NCBI RefSeq assembly: GCF_009914755.1
Contig: NC_060925.1
Direction: 5' to 3' (one strand)
From: the human T2T-CHM13v2.0 reference genome, Homo sapiens
DNA length: 64,000 nucleotides
Shown: positions 31,196 through 50,388 of the stretch, piece by piece
How positions within the stretch are numbered: position 1 is the stretch's first letter
How the letters are laid out: each line of letters begins with the position of its first letter
Made by a program: the position numbers and the translations under genes
Notes under the pieces: model-generated
What the model saw: the letters and a program-made list of their open reading frames with translations, nothing else
Database searches by the model: none
What the model was told of the DNA's origin: nothing

Positions 31196-33215
31196 CGTGG
31201 GCTGGCTGCATTTCTGAAAGGTAATAAGGCTGGGATGGGTTAGTATACAAAGAGCAGAAGGTCAAAATGGAAACTGGCAGGGGACTCCCCACTGCTCAAT
31301 CAGGTTGGTGATTAATATGATTAAGACGGTAGCACCCCAAACTATAAGATTTGATGCCTGTCAGGTTTTACCTTGTGGGAATTTAGAAAATCAGAGACAG
31401 CTCTCGCAGGCAGATAAATCTCTTTGCCTTGAACCAGATGCAGGTTGCAGTAGGGCATCACCCTTCCCCAGCTGGGAGGATGTATGGTGCGCTACCCAAT
31501 TTCAGGGTTGGACAGTAAACATGGTGTGGGTAACTCCAAACTGGAAACCCTTGAAGCATAAACTACCTCTGTCCAAGCGCTCCCCACCAAATAACTGCCA
31601 GAATTTAGAATGCCATCCTATACTCATCACCCTTGACAATTCAGCCTTTCTAGACCAAGAACCAAAAGTAGCATCTCAGGTATATGGGTTAGGAGAAGAC
31701 ATCACAAGGAAAGACCCCCAGGTCGATTTGATCTCAGGCTAATCAAGAACTCAACCTCCCATTTGCCTGGAACTACTCCAACCCCAGACCCTAATAAACA
31801 CTTTAGTCTACCAAATATTAACCCTAAAATGGTAACAATAATTGAGGTAAAGGATTTAAGGCAAACCTTAGAAATTGAGACAGGGTATAGGGATGTGAAT
31901 GCCTGGGTCAAATGGGTCATATTTTCGGTACAAGCCCTCAGCAAAAGTAACTGCTACGCGTGTGCTGCAGGACCACCTCAGGCGCAGGTGGTTCCGTTTC
32001 CCCTGGGATGGAATAGTGATTCTAGAGGAATGTGTTGCATGTTGGCTGCATACCAGCACAATGATATAAGTAAGGAGAAGTAAGACTTGTAAGAGTCTTT
32101 CATTGCTGTTTCCTGCATTGCGGAGCTCAGATCCCAGAGCAATACCCTCGTTCTCTGCAGAGAACATGAACTACTCCTCTTGCCTCTCTAGACAGGGGGC
32201 AGAGTTCCATAAGCCTATGGGAGAACTCTCAACTTGTACCCACATCCTAAACGTCACTGGTGAGTTGAGCAATGGCAATTACTCAGCTCTCCATACACCC
32301 CGGGCTGATGTCTGGTAGTATTATGGGAAAAGGAACCTACGTAACCTGTTACTGTCCAATGGGACCAGGACTTGTGCTTTAGTCTCATTGGCCATTCCCT
32401 TCACCCTGGCATCCCATAAGATACCCCAAAATACACATGGCCACTGAAACCAGAGAGATTTCACAAATTCTTTTAATCCCAATGTGTATGTTGACTCAAT
32501 AGGAGACCCTGGTGGGGGTAGGGTTGCCTAATAAATTGAAGGCCTGAAACGCAGTAGGTGCTGGGTTTAAAGTCAGGACACTTCTGCTGGTCAACTATTA
32601 AGAAGAATGCGAATTAAATTAACTCCATCTATTATAATCAACAGGAATTCATCAATTATACTTGGGATGCCCTCAAAGGGTGGCTAGCCAGTTAGATGCC
32701 ACCAGCTAAATGGCCTGGGAAAACAGACTTGCGCTAGACATGATACTAGAGAAAAAGGGAGCGTGTGTGTTATGCTGGGCGGGAAATTTTGTACTTTCAT
32801 TCCCAGCAATACTGCCCCAAATGGGACCATCACAAAAGCTTTACAAGGACTAACAACTCTAGCCAACGAACTGGAAGAAATGCTCGGAATTAATGACCCA
32901 TTTACGGGTTGGCTAGAAGGCTGATTTGGAAAATGGAAAGGAATGGTAGCTTCAATCCTTATATCTCTCATAATTGTGGCAGGATTCTTAATAGCAGTGG
33001 AATGTTGTATTATCCCTTGTGTGAGGGGACTAGCACAGAAATTAATTAAAACAGCTATTAATAAACAAATGCCCATGACTTACCAGCAAAATAACCTGCC
33101 ACTATTAGAAAGCAAATTAAACTCACTCTCCTATGAGGAAGAAAGTAAACAACTTCTGGAGCGATTCACGGCCCAAAAGGGTTTAAAAGAAAATGAGAAC
33201 AAAATAAGTAAATAG
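31196..33215 (+). pseudogene. ERV env (multiple stops and frameshifts)
   Basis: TIRFDAC, SNCYAC CXXC motif, ISD-like ENRLALDMIL at 32719-32748, CVMLGGKFCTFIP, TM anchor VASILISLIIVAGFLIAVECCIIPC. Confidence 0.88.
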
Positions 33216-35057
33216 AAAAGAGGAGGGAATTGGTGAGAAAACCTTTTAAATGGTCCATTTGCAAGGCATGATAAGTCTAAGCACTGGCAGCCAGCCTGCA
33301 AGTGTAAGAAACCACAGGGCTCATGCACCCAGAAGGTCACAGTAAGTGGACAGAATGTAGAGGTGTGGTCAGCTCATAAAAGGGAAGAAAGTTTTGTTAT
33401 GGGGAAATCAAAACTTAAGTGGGGAAGAGGACGGGGTATAACTTTGTAAGGGGGATAATGAAAGTTAGGCGATGTCCGGGAAGATTGTAACCCCACAGTA
33501 CTCAACCAGTGAGGAACTGGGGGAGGGACTTGTGTGCTAGGACATAAATTACCCGTTGTGACCGCCCTGGTTGTGCCTGCTCACCAGACACCCGATCTCG
33601 CAAGACCGTTATGAAAAGTCTCCCTTTCGCTGTTCTTTGTGCCTCTAAGTCCATTCTTTGGGTTTGGATGGGTGAGTGTGTTTCTCACAAATGCACCACT
33701 GCACCCCTGCCTAGGTGACAGAGACAGACTGTGTCTCAAAAAAATGAAAATATCAGGGAACTCAATGCAAAAGACTGCGGCGCTTTAGACTTGAGAGTAA
33801 CCTGCCCATGACCCTTGGGGCTCCGTGAGGAAGACAAAAGACCCCCAAAAGGAGGGTGTATGGCACCTTTTTCTGGTTTCTCAAGGGGTCTCAGGACTGC
33901 TAGAAGTTCCCTCTCGATTTCTTCGTGTGTTATTGAAGGTGGCAGAAAGGAAGAAGGGCCAACAGTAAATGGGAAAACAATTCTTAGAGGGCTCAATTTG
34001 GGAAGATTTTAAACTTCCCAAAAAGGCCAAGGATGTTTTACATTTTTCTCAGTAAAAATCATGCCGACAACAACAACAACAAAAAAGTGAACAGATGGAA
34101 GGAACATAAAATTGCTTTTTAACAAAATTTCAGTTGACTGAAAAGAATTCCCAGGGTAGGAACAGGATCCAAAGAGAAAAAGCATTGCTCTATATATCTG
34201 CCAGGGAAAAATCCCCCAAAAACTAAAAGAAAAAAGAAAAAGCAGAAGGGTGTTTTGAAAATACACAAGCAGCAAGCTTTCTGTTTCATGAGCACGTGGC
34301 CTAACACTGGAGTGGAAAGAATTTCGGCTGTGGAGCGCTCCCACCCGCTCTGCTCATGGGAGGAGCCCTGCCTCTCTTCAGCTTCCCAGCAGTGGTGGGA
34401 GACACACGTCTCTTCTGCCCACGGGAGGAAGCGAGACAAAAGAAAAAAGTTGCTATCACACTCTAAATACAAACCAGTTTTCTATCAAAGGTATACCTGA
34501 ACAAATGACTCAACGCCAAGTGAAATAAGCACCAAGGAGACCAGAACCAAGAAGCCCTTCACGGCTTTCACCAAGGTCTCCAGAGAGGAGGCAAAAGTTG
34601 CAACCCTGCCCAGATCCAGACCACTCCAGGCAGCTCAAATAAAGGAGAATTTTAGTAGCTGCAAATGGGGCTACTGTCTGGCCATATTATCTAGGGTTTC
34701 AGCCTCTCAGCTGGCTGACTGCACACAAAGGCCTGACAACCCGTATCTCCCACAGACGGAAGATTGCATGGCAGTTTGTAAGATGGGAAGTCAAAAGCTG
34801 TCTGTGGGAATAGACAGGATTGCAAAGTGAAAGGGTACCCCAAAAGGTCAGAGTTATGCAAATACCAAACTAACTTTTTACAAATGTTTCTATTTGTTTT
34901 GTCCTGAGTTAAAAGATTTGCATTTCCAAGAGTCTGGTTTCCTGACTGGGAATCAAATCCAGGCTGTGGTGGTGAAAGCATGGAACCCAGGCCCTAGATT
35001 AGGGTGGCCCGTCTTCTTTGTAAATCCCAGGGGGATCCAAAACAGGCAGCTTGGGCG

Positions 35058-35060
<3 letters not shown>

Positions 35061-35098
<38 letters not shown>

Positions 35099-35222
35099 AC
35101 ATATATATTATATATGTGATATATATATTATATATGTGATATATATATTATATGTGATATATATTATACATATATAACATATACATGTTAGAAATATATA
35201 TTTTTTATATCATATATATATA
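35061..35222. repeat. (TA)n microsatellite and AT-rich tandem repeat
   Basis: Pure TA run followed by atatatattatatatgtg units. Confidence 0.95.
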
Positions 35223-35515
35223 TTTGTTTGAGACAAAGTCTCGTTCTGTCACCCAGGCTGGCGTGCAGTGTGGTGTGCTCATGGTTTACTGCAGCCTCAA
35301 CCTCCTAGGCTCAAGCAGTCCTCCTGCCTACCCCTGGCTGAGTAGCTGGGACCACAGGCGTGTGTCACGATGCCTGACTCATTTATTTGTTTATTTATTT
35401 TGTAGAGATGGGATCTCCCTATGTTGCCCAGTCTGTTCTCAAACTCCTAGGCTCAAGCAAGCCTTCCTTGACCTCCCGAAGTGTTGGGATTACAGGCATA
35501 AATCAGTGAATCCAG
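35223..35515 (-). mobile_element. AluJ
   Basis: Diverged Alu dimer. Confidence 0.85.
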
Positions 35516-35518
35516 CTA

Positions 35519-35989
<471 letters not shown>

Positions 35990-36029
35990 CTAAAAAGTTT
36001 TCTTTTAAAATATAACTTTTTAACTTATT

Positions 36030-37785
<1,756 letters not shown>

Positions 37786-37901
37786 CAATTTATTTATTCC
37801 ATAAGTGACTCAAACCAATAATCATTTTTTTATGGAAAGTTCTGGAGGTAGCTTTCCAGGTTTAGAAGAGCATAGGTGTTTGTGGTGTATTTAAAATGAA
37901 T

Positions 37902-38213
<312 letters not shown>

Positions 38214-38283
38214 TGAGTGCAGAAGATGCACCCCCTCCTATGATCCTTCCCAAAAAACACATTCTCAGAAATAGGCTAAGATA

Positions 38284-38624
<341 letters not shown>

Positions 38625-38871
38625 TTACTCATGGGGTGCCTTAAGTATCCCACAAATTTGTGAGAGGCTGCCAGCCACAGACCTGTTAATCTGTGATAAC
38701 TCCTGTGATTGGACTTTCCCAGGACTAACAGGGACAAACAAGCATTGCCATGACAAAAGTCCCTTATGTATGGGACTTAATACAAATGACCTTGAGTGCT
38801 CGGCACATTCAGAGCAGAGTGTGCTGCTTAGTATCTTACTTGTCAGGGGGTTCCCAGTCTTTTTAGACTGG

Positions 38872-41403
<2,532 letters not shown>

Positions 41404-41773
41404 ACTGACCAACACACATGACCCAAAAGTCCCAAAAGTCATGCCACTCCCCCAACCACTCCCCGGGTTGGTAGAGACCAAGCAAGAGTGCTCCCCACTT
41501 GGTCACAAGTCAGGCTCTTGAGAGCCTGACATAAAAGATATTAAGCAAGATGAGAGGGAATCTTTATGACAGCAAGACAGAGACACAGGAAAAAAAAGAA
41601 TGTTTCTGAAAGGAAAAAGATCAGACAACATGAAATAGTCATACCAAAAATAAACCAGCGTTTGTGTGTCTAAAATTAGCCTGTATAAATGCTTTTCTTG
41701 GCTGGGTGCAGTGGCTCACCCTGTAATTCCAGTACTTTGGGAGGCCAAGGCAGGAGGATTCCTTGAGTCCAGA

Positions 41774-42408
41774 TGTCAGATATATTTGAACAAGAGGGAC
41801 TCCATCTTGAAGATGGGCTGGGTAAAAAAAAGCTGAGAACTGCTGGGCTCCCAGGAGCTTAGGCATTCTTAGTCACAGGATGAGTTAGGAGGTCAGCACA
41901 AGATACAGGTCACAACAACCCCACTGATAAAGCAGGATGTGGTAAAGAAGCCGGCCAAAACCCACCAGAACCAGGATGCTGATGAAAGTGACCTCTGGTA
42001 ATCCTCACTGCTCATTATGTGATACTTATTATAAGGCATTAGCGTGTTAAAAGACACTCCCACCAGCACCACCACAGTTTACAAATACCATGGCAACATC
42101 CAGAAGTTACCCTATATGGTCTGAAAGTGGGGAGGAACCCTCAGTTCCTGGAAATCCAGTCCTCTTTCCCGGAAAACTCATGAATAATTCACCCCTTGTT
42201 TAGCATACAATCAAGAAATAACTGTAGGTATACTCGGTTGAGCAGCTCACACCACGGCTGTACCTATGCAGTAGCCATTCTTTTGTTTCTTTTACTTCCC
42301 TAATAAACTTGCTTTTACTTTACTCTATGGACTCGCCCTGTATTCTTTCTTGTGGGAGGTCCAGTAACCCTCTCTTGGGGTCTAGATTGGGACCCCTTTC
42401 CAGTAACA
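41774..42408 (+). mobile_element. MER41B-type solo LTR inserted in an AluJ (41700-41773 and 42409-42625)
   Basis: tgtcaga...gactccatcttg start, gggacccctttccagtaaca end, TSD caga/cagg; retains the GAS-containing segment. Confidence 0.88.
42145..42174 (+). promoter_or_regulatory. Tandem GAS (STAT1) motifs
   Basis: TTCCTGGAA at 42145-42153 and TTCCCGGAA at 42166-42174, both matching TTCNNNGAA; activity not shown. Confidence 0.65.
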
Positions 42409-42710
42409 CAGGAGTTTGAGGCCAGCCTCAACAACTGAGACTCCATCTCTACAAAAAAATCAAAAAGTTAGCAGGGAATGGTGGAGTGCACCTATGGTCC
42501 CAGCTACACAGGAAGCTGAGGCAGGAGGATCCCTCGAGTCCAGGAGGTTAAGTCTGCAGTGAGCCATGACTGTCCCGCTGCACTCCAGCCTGGGCAACAG
42601 AGCTGATTCTAAATAAATAAATAAATTCTTTCTTTCCATTTATCTTAAATTTGGAAAAGGAAAAGGAAACAGTTTTACTGTCTGCTTGATTGGATTGCAC
42701 AGACAGATGC

Positions 42711-43299
42711 TGTTTGAAATGTTTCTTCCTTGGTGCGGTAAAGAAATAGCACTTGAACATGAATTTAATTTATTTAGTAAGGCCATTTTTACTTCTTGCA
42801 GAAAGGGTACACTCATCAGCAGTTTTGCCATGAGAGTGCATTGAACAAAGGAGACAGGGTCATTTATAACCTGACGCGTCCTCCCTACTGCTGTGTCTGG
42901 TTTCCACTGGCTGGAGCGGGACCTCACATTCTGTATTTGTCTCGATTGGCTAGCAACTTAGAACTTTTTAAAAGAGGCAAAGGTAGAGGGGAACAAAGGA
43001 AAGAGGAAGTAACTGGTGGAATGCTGAGAAAGGTAAAAACACCTTCAAATAAGGAAGAGGAACAGGCTGTGACCTAATGCTTACTTGGACCAGTATAAGC
43101 ATGCCAGGGCAGATATTTAGGCTAAATTGTGGGAGCTAAGAACATAAAGAACATTGATTTCTTTATTACGGCTAGCAGATATTTAAGAATGTTAGCACAG
43201 GTCTTTGAATAAATTTTGCTTCTAATAGAAGTTACTATTTATTCCTAATTAGATGGGGAGGAAAGTCTTTGAAGAGGAACCTCTACTTTACTTTTTACA
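42711..43299 (-). mobile_element. LTR10 (LTR10C-like) solo LTR
   Basis: Minus strand starts tgtaaaaagtaaagtagaggttcctcttcaaagac; perfect TSD gatgc at 42706-42710 and 43300-43304. Confidence 0.85.
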
Positions 43300-43403
43300 G
43301 ATGCCAAGAATCTAACTACTCCCAAATTCTTCCCCTTCTGCTGGCCTGTCAGGCCCCAGGTTCCTTGGACTCCTGGCTTCAGAAGAGCTAAACAGTTTTG
43401 GTG

Positions 43404-43421
43404 ATCCTGCTCACAGCGCCA
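43404..43421 (-). other. Primer-binding site, tRNA-Ser(CGA)
   Basis: Plus strand atcctgctcacagcgcca equals the recalled 3' 18 nt of tRNA-Ser(CGA) including CCA; 4 nt from the LTR terminus at 43426. Confidence 0.75.
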
Positions 43422-43554
43422 AATCTGTAGGGGCCAAGAGAAAGCTGCTTCACTCTCTGAAGTTTTGCTGCAAAATCAACTGACAATAGGCAGATTAACA
43501 GGGAGATAAGCATACAAAATTTTATTTTAACTCACATAGCATGGGTAATTGTAG

Positions 43555-44252
<698 letters not shown>

Positions 44253-44497
44253 AATTTCGTCTTTTAAAAGCTGAATGAGTATTCAGTTATTTGTGTTTTT
44301 CAAATTGTCCTTATCCGTTTTTTCATCGAGGGAGTTTGGTTGCCCCCACTGTATTTTAATGCAAAACAAAAGGAAAATTTCCCAGGTTGAGAGGAGCAGT
44401 AAAGCCTGAAGTATCACTCTCTGCCCAGACCTCAGTGGTGGGCTTGCTTTGAGCATTCTTAGGCAGCCCCACTTCCCTTAGGCACTTCCCTTCCCTT

Positions 44498-45032
44498 TGT
44501 TGATTAAAGAAGAAACTGAGGCAAAATTAATATAAGTGGAGTTTATTTGGGCCAAGTTTGAGGACTGTAAGCCGGGAGAGATAGATTCAAGTTGCTCTGA
44601 ATATATCCTCCAATTAGCAGCAGTTGCAAGTGAGTTTTTAAAGGATGAAAGAGGCAGTTCCTCAGCTGTTTATAAAAAATTTACATTAAAATAACATAAG
44701 CTATTGGTTAGCTATACATTTTTCTTTGTATCACAAACGCTAGCAACATGGAGATAATAGGTGATGCAGCTAGTCAGGAACAAAATGCCTTTAAACAACT
44801 GCCCCCGCCTTGCCCCCGCCCCCCCATACTGCTGTCTCTCTGAGCCTGATAAATTTTGTATGCCTTCCGGGGAATTGTTTGAACCCGGGAGGCGGGGGCT
44901 GCAGAGAGCCTCGATTACATCACTGCGCTCCAGCCTAGGTCACAGAGCAAGACTCTGTCTCAAAATAAATAAATAAATAAATGTTGTATGCCTTACATAA
45001 CTCAGAATGTTCTCAGCTACTCTCTCTTCTCA
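44498..45032 (-). mobile_element. ERV1 solo LTR (MER72-like, uncertain) with a 5'-truncated Alu at 44867-44980
   Basis: TG...CA termini, tttatt (antisense polyA signal); Alu TSD aaatKttgtatgcctt. Confidence 0.6.
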
Positions 45033-45333
45033 CCTCCAGGAATGGGAAAGTGAAGATGCACTCCCAGTGGAGGAGGGTTTATTATGGCTCCAAGCACAGT
45101 GTCTGCTCTTACTACTCATTAGCAGTCGTGTAGCCTATTCTAAAATTAAAGTGTCTCGAGTGGGACAAATCCTGAAAAGAATGTTTTTTACAAGTAATGT
45201 GCTGCTACTGGGGATTCTGGGGTGATCCATCCTGGGACAGTCATCCTCTGCACCCTGTCTGGCCTGGGGCCAAGGAGTGATCTTGAGCAGTCACTGCAGT
45301 GGCTAACCCTGGAATCTAAGGCCTGCCCAGAAT

Positions 45334-45465
45334 GCACATCCAGAAGCCCTAGAATGCGGGGGAAAAAGCCGTATTTGCACATCCAGAAGCCCTAGAATGC
45401 GGGGGGAAAAGCCGTATTTGCACATCCAGAAGCCCTAGAATGTGGGCGACAAAACCGTATTTGTG
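45334..45465. repeat. 43-bp tandem repeat, 3 copies
   Basis: gcacatccagaagccctagaatgcggggggaaaagccgtattt. Confidence 0.92.
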
Positions 45466-45469
45466 CTTC

Positions 45470-46016
45470 TGTTACTGGAAAGGGGTCCCAATCCAGACCC
45501 TAAGAGAGGGTTTTTGGATCTCACACAAGAAAGAATTAGGGTGACTCTGTAAAGTGAAAGCAAGTTTATCAAGAAAGTAAAGGAATAAAGATTGGCTTCT
45601 CCACAGACAGAGCAGCCCCAAGGGCTGCTGCCTGCCCATTTTGATGATTATTTCTTGATGATATGCTAAACGAGGGGTGGATTATTCATGTCTCCCCTTT
45701 TTGGACCATACCGGGTGACTTCCTGAGGTTGCCATGGCGTTTGTAAACTGTCATGGCGCTGGCGGGAGTGTAGCAAGGAGGACAACCAGAGGTCACTCTC
45801 GTGGCCATCTTGGTTTTGGTAGGATTTGTCCGGCTTTTTTACTGCAACCTGTTTTATTAGCAAGGTCTTTATGACCTGTATCGTGTGCCTACCCCCTATC
45901 TCATCCTGTGACTTAGAAAGCCTTAACTGTCTGGGAGTGCAGCCTTCCAGGTCTCAGCCTCAATTTACCCAGCCCATGTTCAAGATGGAATTGCTCTGGT
46001 TCCAATGCCTGTCACA
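45470..46016 (-). mobile_element. MER41A-type solo LTR
   Basis: Antisense homolog of 41774-42408 lacking the GAS segment; TSD cttc/attc. Confidence 0.85.
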
Positions 46017-46134
46017 ATTCTGCGGTATTCCAGCCGTGCAGGTGCTGCGGAGACGTGGCGTCCATTCCCGGGACTAGTGGGAACACGCACATGCACATTT
46101 GGTAAAGGGTGACCGTGGAGAGGCACAGGCCCTG

Positions 46135-46637
<503 letters not shown>

Positions 46638-46764
46638 ACTATGGTCGTTCTTAAAACAAATTGCAAGGTCATGCGTTTTCCTCCCAGAAGAGTTATAGAC
46701 CGATCCCTGGCACTGCCAAATTTAGCTGGAGCTGAATTGTTCCGCAAGTTGTACTTGGCTGTGA

Positions 46765-46778
46765 CCACCAGAGGGCGC
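46765..46778 (+). promoter_or_regulatory. CTCF-type motif
   Basis: CCACCAGAGGGCGC fits the CTCF core consensus. Confidence 0.65.
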
Positions 46779-46849
46779 CGAGGACAGTGCGGACGCCGTC
46801 AGCGTCTCGGTCACATCCTTCCGTGTCCAGCTAGAAAATGAATGGGAAA

Positions 46850-47598
<749 letters not shown>

Positions 47599-47718
47599 TC
47601 AGGCCCACCCGGTGCCTGCAGCCAGCGCACACTGGGTGCTGGGACCAGCACTGAGCGCCTTTTCTGTTTTTTCTTACAAGGTTGGGTTTCAGCCGAGCAA
47701 GTCTGAGGCCCCTTTCCC

Positions 47719-47732
47719 GCGCCCTCTGGTGG
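47719..47732 (-). promoter_or_regulatory. CTCF-type motif
   Basis: gcgccctctggtgg reads CCACCAGAGGGCGC on the minus strand. Confidence 0.65.
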
Positions 47733-48408
47733 AAAGTGTTCGCTTTTCTGTCCACCCATGTGAAGGATTCACCCCGACCCTCCTCAGGTGGCCTTTACTT
47801 TGCAGGAGCAAAGCAAGGTACGGGACATTGTTCCCTCTTTTCTGTTTCTGCCTTTTCTTTCTCCTCTGCCCCCTCCCCGCCTCCGTATTCCTCCCTCTTC
47901 CTCATTATTTCTTCTTCCTTCTTCCTATTGAATTTGGGATTGAAAAGTTTGAAGCTCCTAAAGGAGGCCAGCCAGCTGGTTGGCCTCCGTCTTGCTGACT
48001 TTGGGCAGTATCATGGCTTTGTTTAGAGTTGGTTGTGAGAAGGAAATAAACCATAACACTTCGGTACATGTGTGTTATTTGTTGATACACAGGCGCACAC
48101 ACACAAATGTGAATGGGCGCTTATATATCATTATTTCCCTCTCGATATATCTTTATCTATATTTAGATATTTTGGAGGCATACCTTTTATCCAGGATGGC
48201 TCTGTTCGCAGAGGGTTGAACTGTGGACGAGGCATCTCGGTTTTTTGCTTTTGCAGTTTACATTGTGTGTGGTGGGGTACATGTCTGTATTATCTGCACA
48301 AAAATTAAAACAATTTTTAAAAAATTTCAGTTGGATGAGGAGATACATGTATGTGGCACACAGCTTTCTTCACTTAGCAACACGTCAGATGCAGCGTAGA
48401 TGTACGGA

Positions 48409-49811
48409 TGAAACCACCATTGCAAAATTATCACTGAGACAGTCAGAGAAACCTGACATGGCTGACTCCATGTTGCTTTTAGCCTCACAGGCTGGCTCTC
48501 TTAGCTCATTCCTAAGCATGGGCCTGAAACTGCCATTGCAAAATCGTAACTGAGACAGCAAAAGAGACTTGACCTAACCAACTCCATCTTGCTTCTAACC
48601 TCCAAGCTGTCCTTGTTCATTCCTGGGTGTAGGCTGAACTAACTTTGGGAGGAACTTAATTTATAGTTTAAAACAAAGACGATAAGACGATAACAGCCCT
48701 TTCTCAAAACAAACATCCTTCCTGACTGGGGACTAGACTGCCTTTGTAGGATTAACAAATTAGCCACAAGATCAGAAATTATAGTTTAGGAGTCATGCAG
48801 CTGGAGGCTCTAAGATTGTGACCCTCCCTAAACCGCTCAGTGCTTGAGATGTTTTACAGACCCTGCACTTAATGGATCAGCTGGCACCACCCAGATGGAT
48901 AAACTGGCTCATGTGATCTTGTGGCCCCCACCCAGGAACTGACTCAGTGCAAGAAGACAACTTCAATTCCCTATGATTTAATGTCCTACCGAATCAATCA
49001 GCACTCCTGACACACTGGCTTCCCCTCACCCACCAAATTGTCCTTAAAACCTCTGATCTCCAAATGCTTGAGGAGACTGATTTGAGTAATAATAAAACAA
49101 GGCTCCTGCACAGCCGGCTCTGTGCGAATTACTCTTTCTCTACTGCAGTTCTCCTGTCATGATAAATCGGCTCCATCTAGGCAGCCAGCAAGGTGAACCC
49201 ACTGGGTGGTTACAGGCCACGCTAAGTTCGGGAGAAATTTAGTTTATGGTTTAAATGATAACAGCCCTTCCCCAAAACTAAACTGCCCTGGTAAAACTAA
49301 TGAAAGGCCGCCAAGTTAGGAGGATGACAGGGGCCTGAATTCTACTGAGCCGTAAGCGTAATTACCGGCCATTATTCCAGAGGACACAAGATTTGCAACT
49401 TGCCTAATTACTCCTGCAAAGAACATCGCTACTGTAGCACCTGAGAATGGCCTTTTGAGATGTGTTTTCAGGCTTTTGCACTTCTGACAACTGATGGCTG
49501 CACTTGGACTCGCCAGCCGGTCCCGCGTCCCCACCAGAAGCAGAGTAAGCACAAGAGGACAGCTCCGACTCCCTAGGATTTCAGCTCTGACCAGTCGCAC
49601 GCCTGGCTCACTGGCTTCCCCACACCCACCAAGTTGTTCTTAAAAACTCTGCTGCCCGAATGCTCAGGGAGAGTGATTTGAGTAATAATGAAACTGTTGT
49701 CTCCTGCACAGTCGGCTCTGCGTGAATTACTCTTTCTCTATTGCAATTCCGCTCTCTTGAGAAATCGGCTCTGTCCAGGCAGCAGCAAGGTGAAGCCACT
49801 GGGCGGTTACA
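48409..49811 (+). mobile_element. LTR8A-like solo LTR containing a nested LTR8 (48525-49214)
   Basis: Two tgaaac...ttgcaaaat starts and two ggtgaa...ggttaca ends; inner TSD ggcc/ggcc, outer cgga/ctga. Confidence 0.88.
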
Positions 49812-50195
49812 CTGATATGATTCCCCCTTTGCAGTTTTTACTCTCTTGGTGCTGCAAACAGTTCCTCACTGAGGACCCTTGTACACGTATCACTGTGAGC
49901 ATGAATCCGAATTTCTTTAGGAGACATACATACTAGTGGGTATGTGCATGTTATGTAATTTCTCTTAGCACTGTTTCCTCACTCATCAAATAAGGATCAA
50001 GTAGTTCTCACCACACAGGGTTATTTTAGAAATAATTTAGTATACATAATATACAATGCAATAACAAGTACTGATGTCTACTTCTTTTAGGTTATATGAT
50101 AATACCTTATACATAGTACATGTGTGATTATATATATTGCAATGTAGAGTACGATCTATAATTTACAGAACTGTTGTTTATATATAACAAATGCT

Positions 50196-50298
50196 GTCCT
50201 TGCGATAGTTTGCTCAGAATGATGGTTTATGTATACATATGTAACAAACCTGCACGTTGTGCACACGTACCCTAGAACTTAAAGTATAATTTTAAAAA
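50196..50298. mobile_element. Tiny 5'-inverted L1PA insertion
   Basis: Antisense aaaccatcattctgagcaaactatcgcaaggac joined to the sense L1 3' terminus gtaacaaacctgcacgttgtgcac...cttaaagtataat; TSD aaMaaatgct. Confidence 0.8.
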
Positions 50299-50388
50299 AT
50301 GCTATAATTCATGTGGTGATTATTATCTACCAGTTACATCATCGATAGAATGAGGACGTTGTTAACGGTACACGCCAGACAGGATGGC

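Noticed and set aside
31196-33215. Possible co-opted syncytin-like env gene
   Set aside because: Broken into short frames by stops and frameshifts; the furin-site region contains a stop
43404-43421. tRNA gene
   Set aside because: Only the 18-nt CCA-containing 3' match next to an LTR; this is a PBS with no tRNA body
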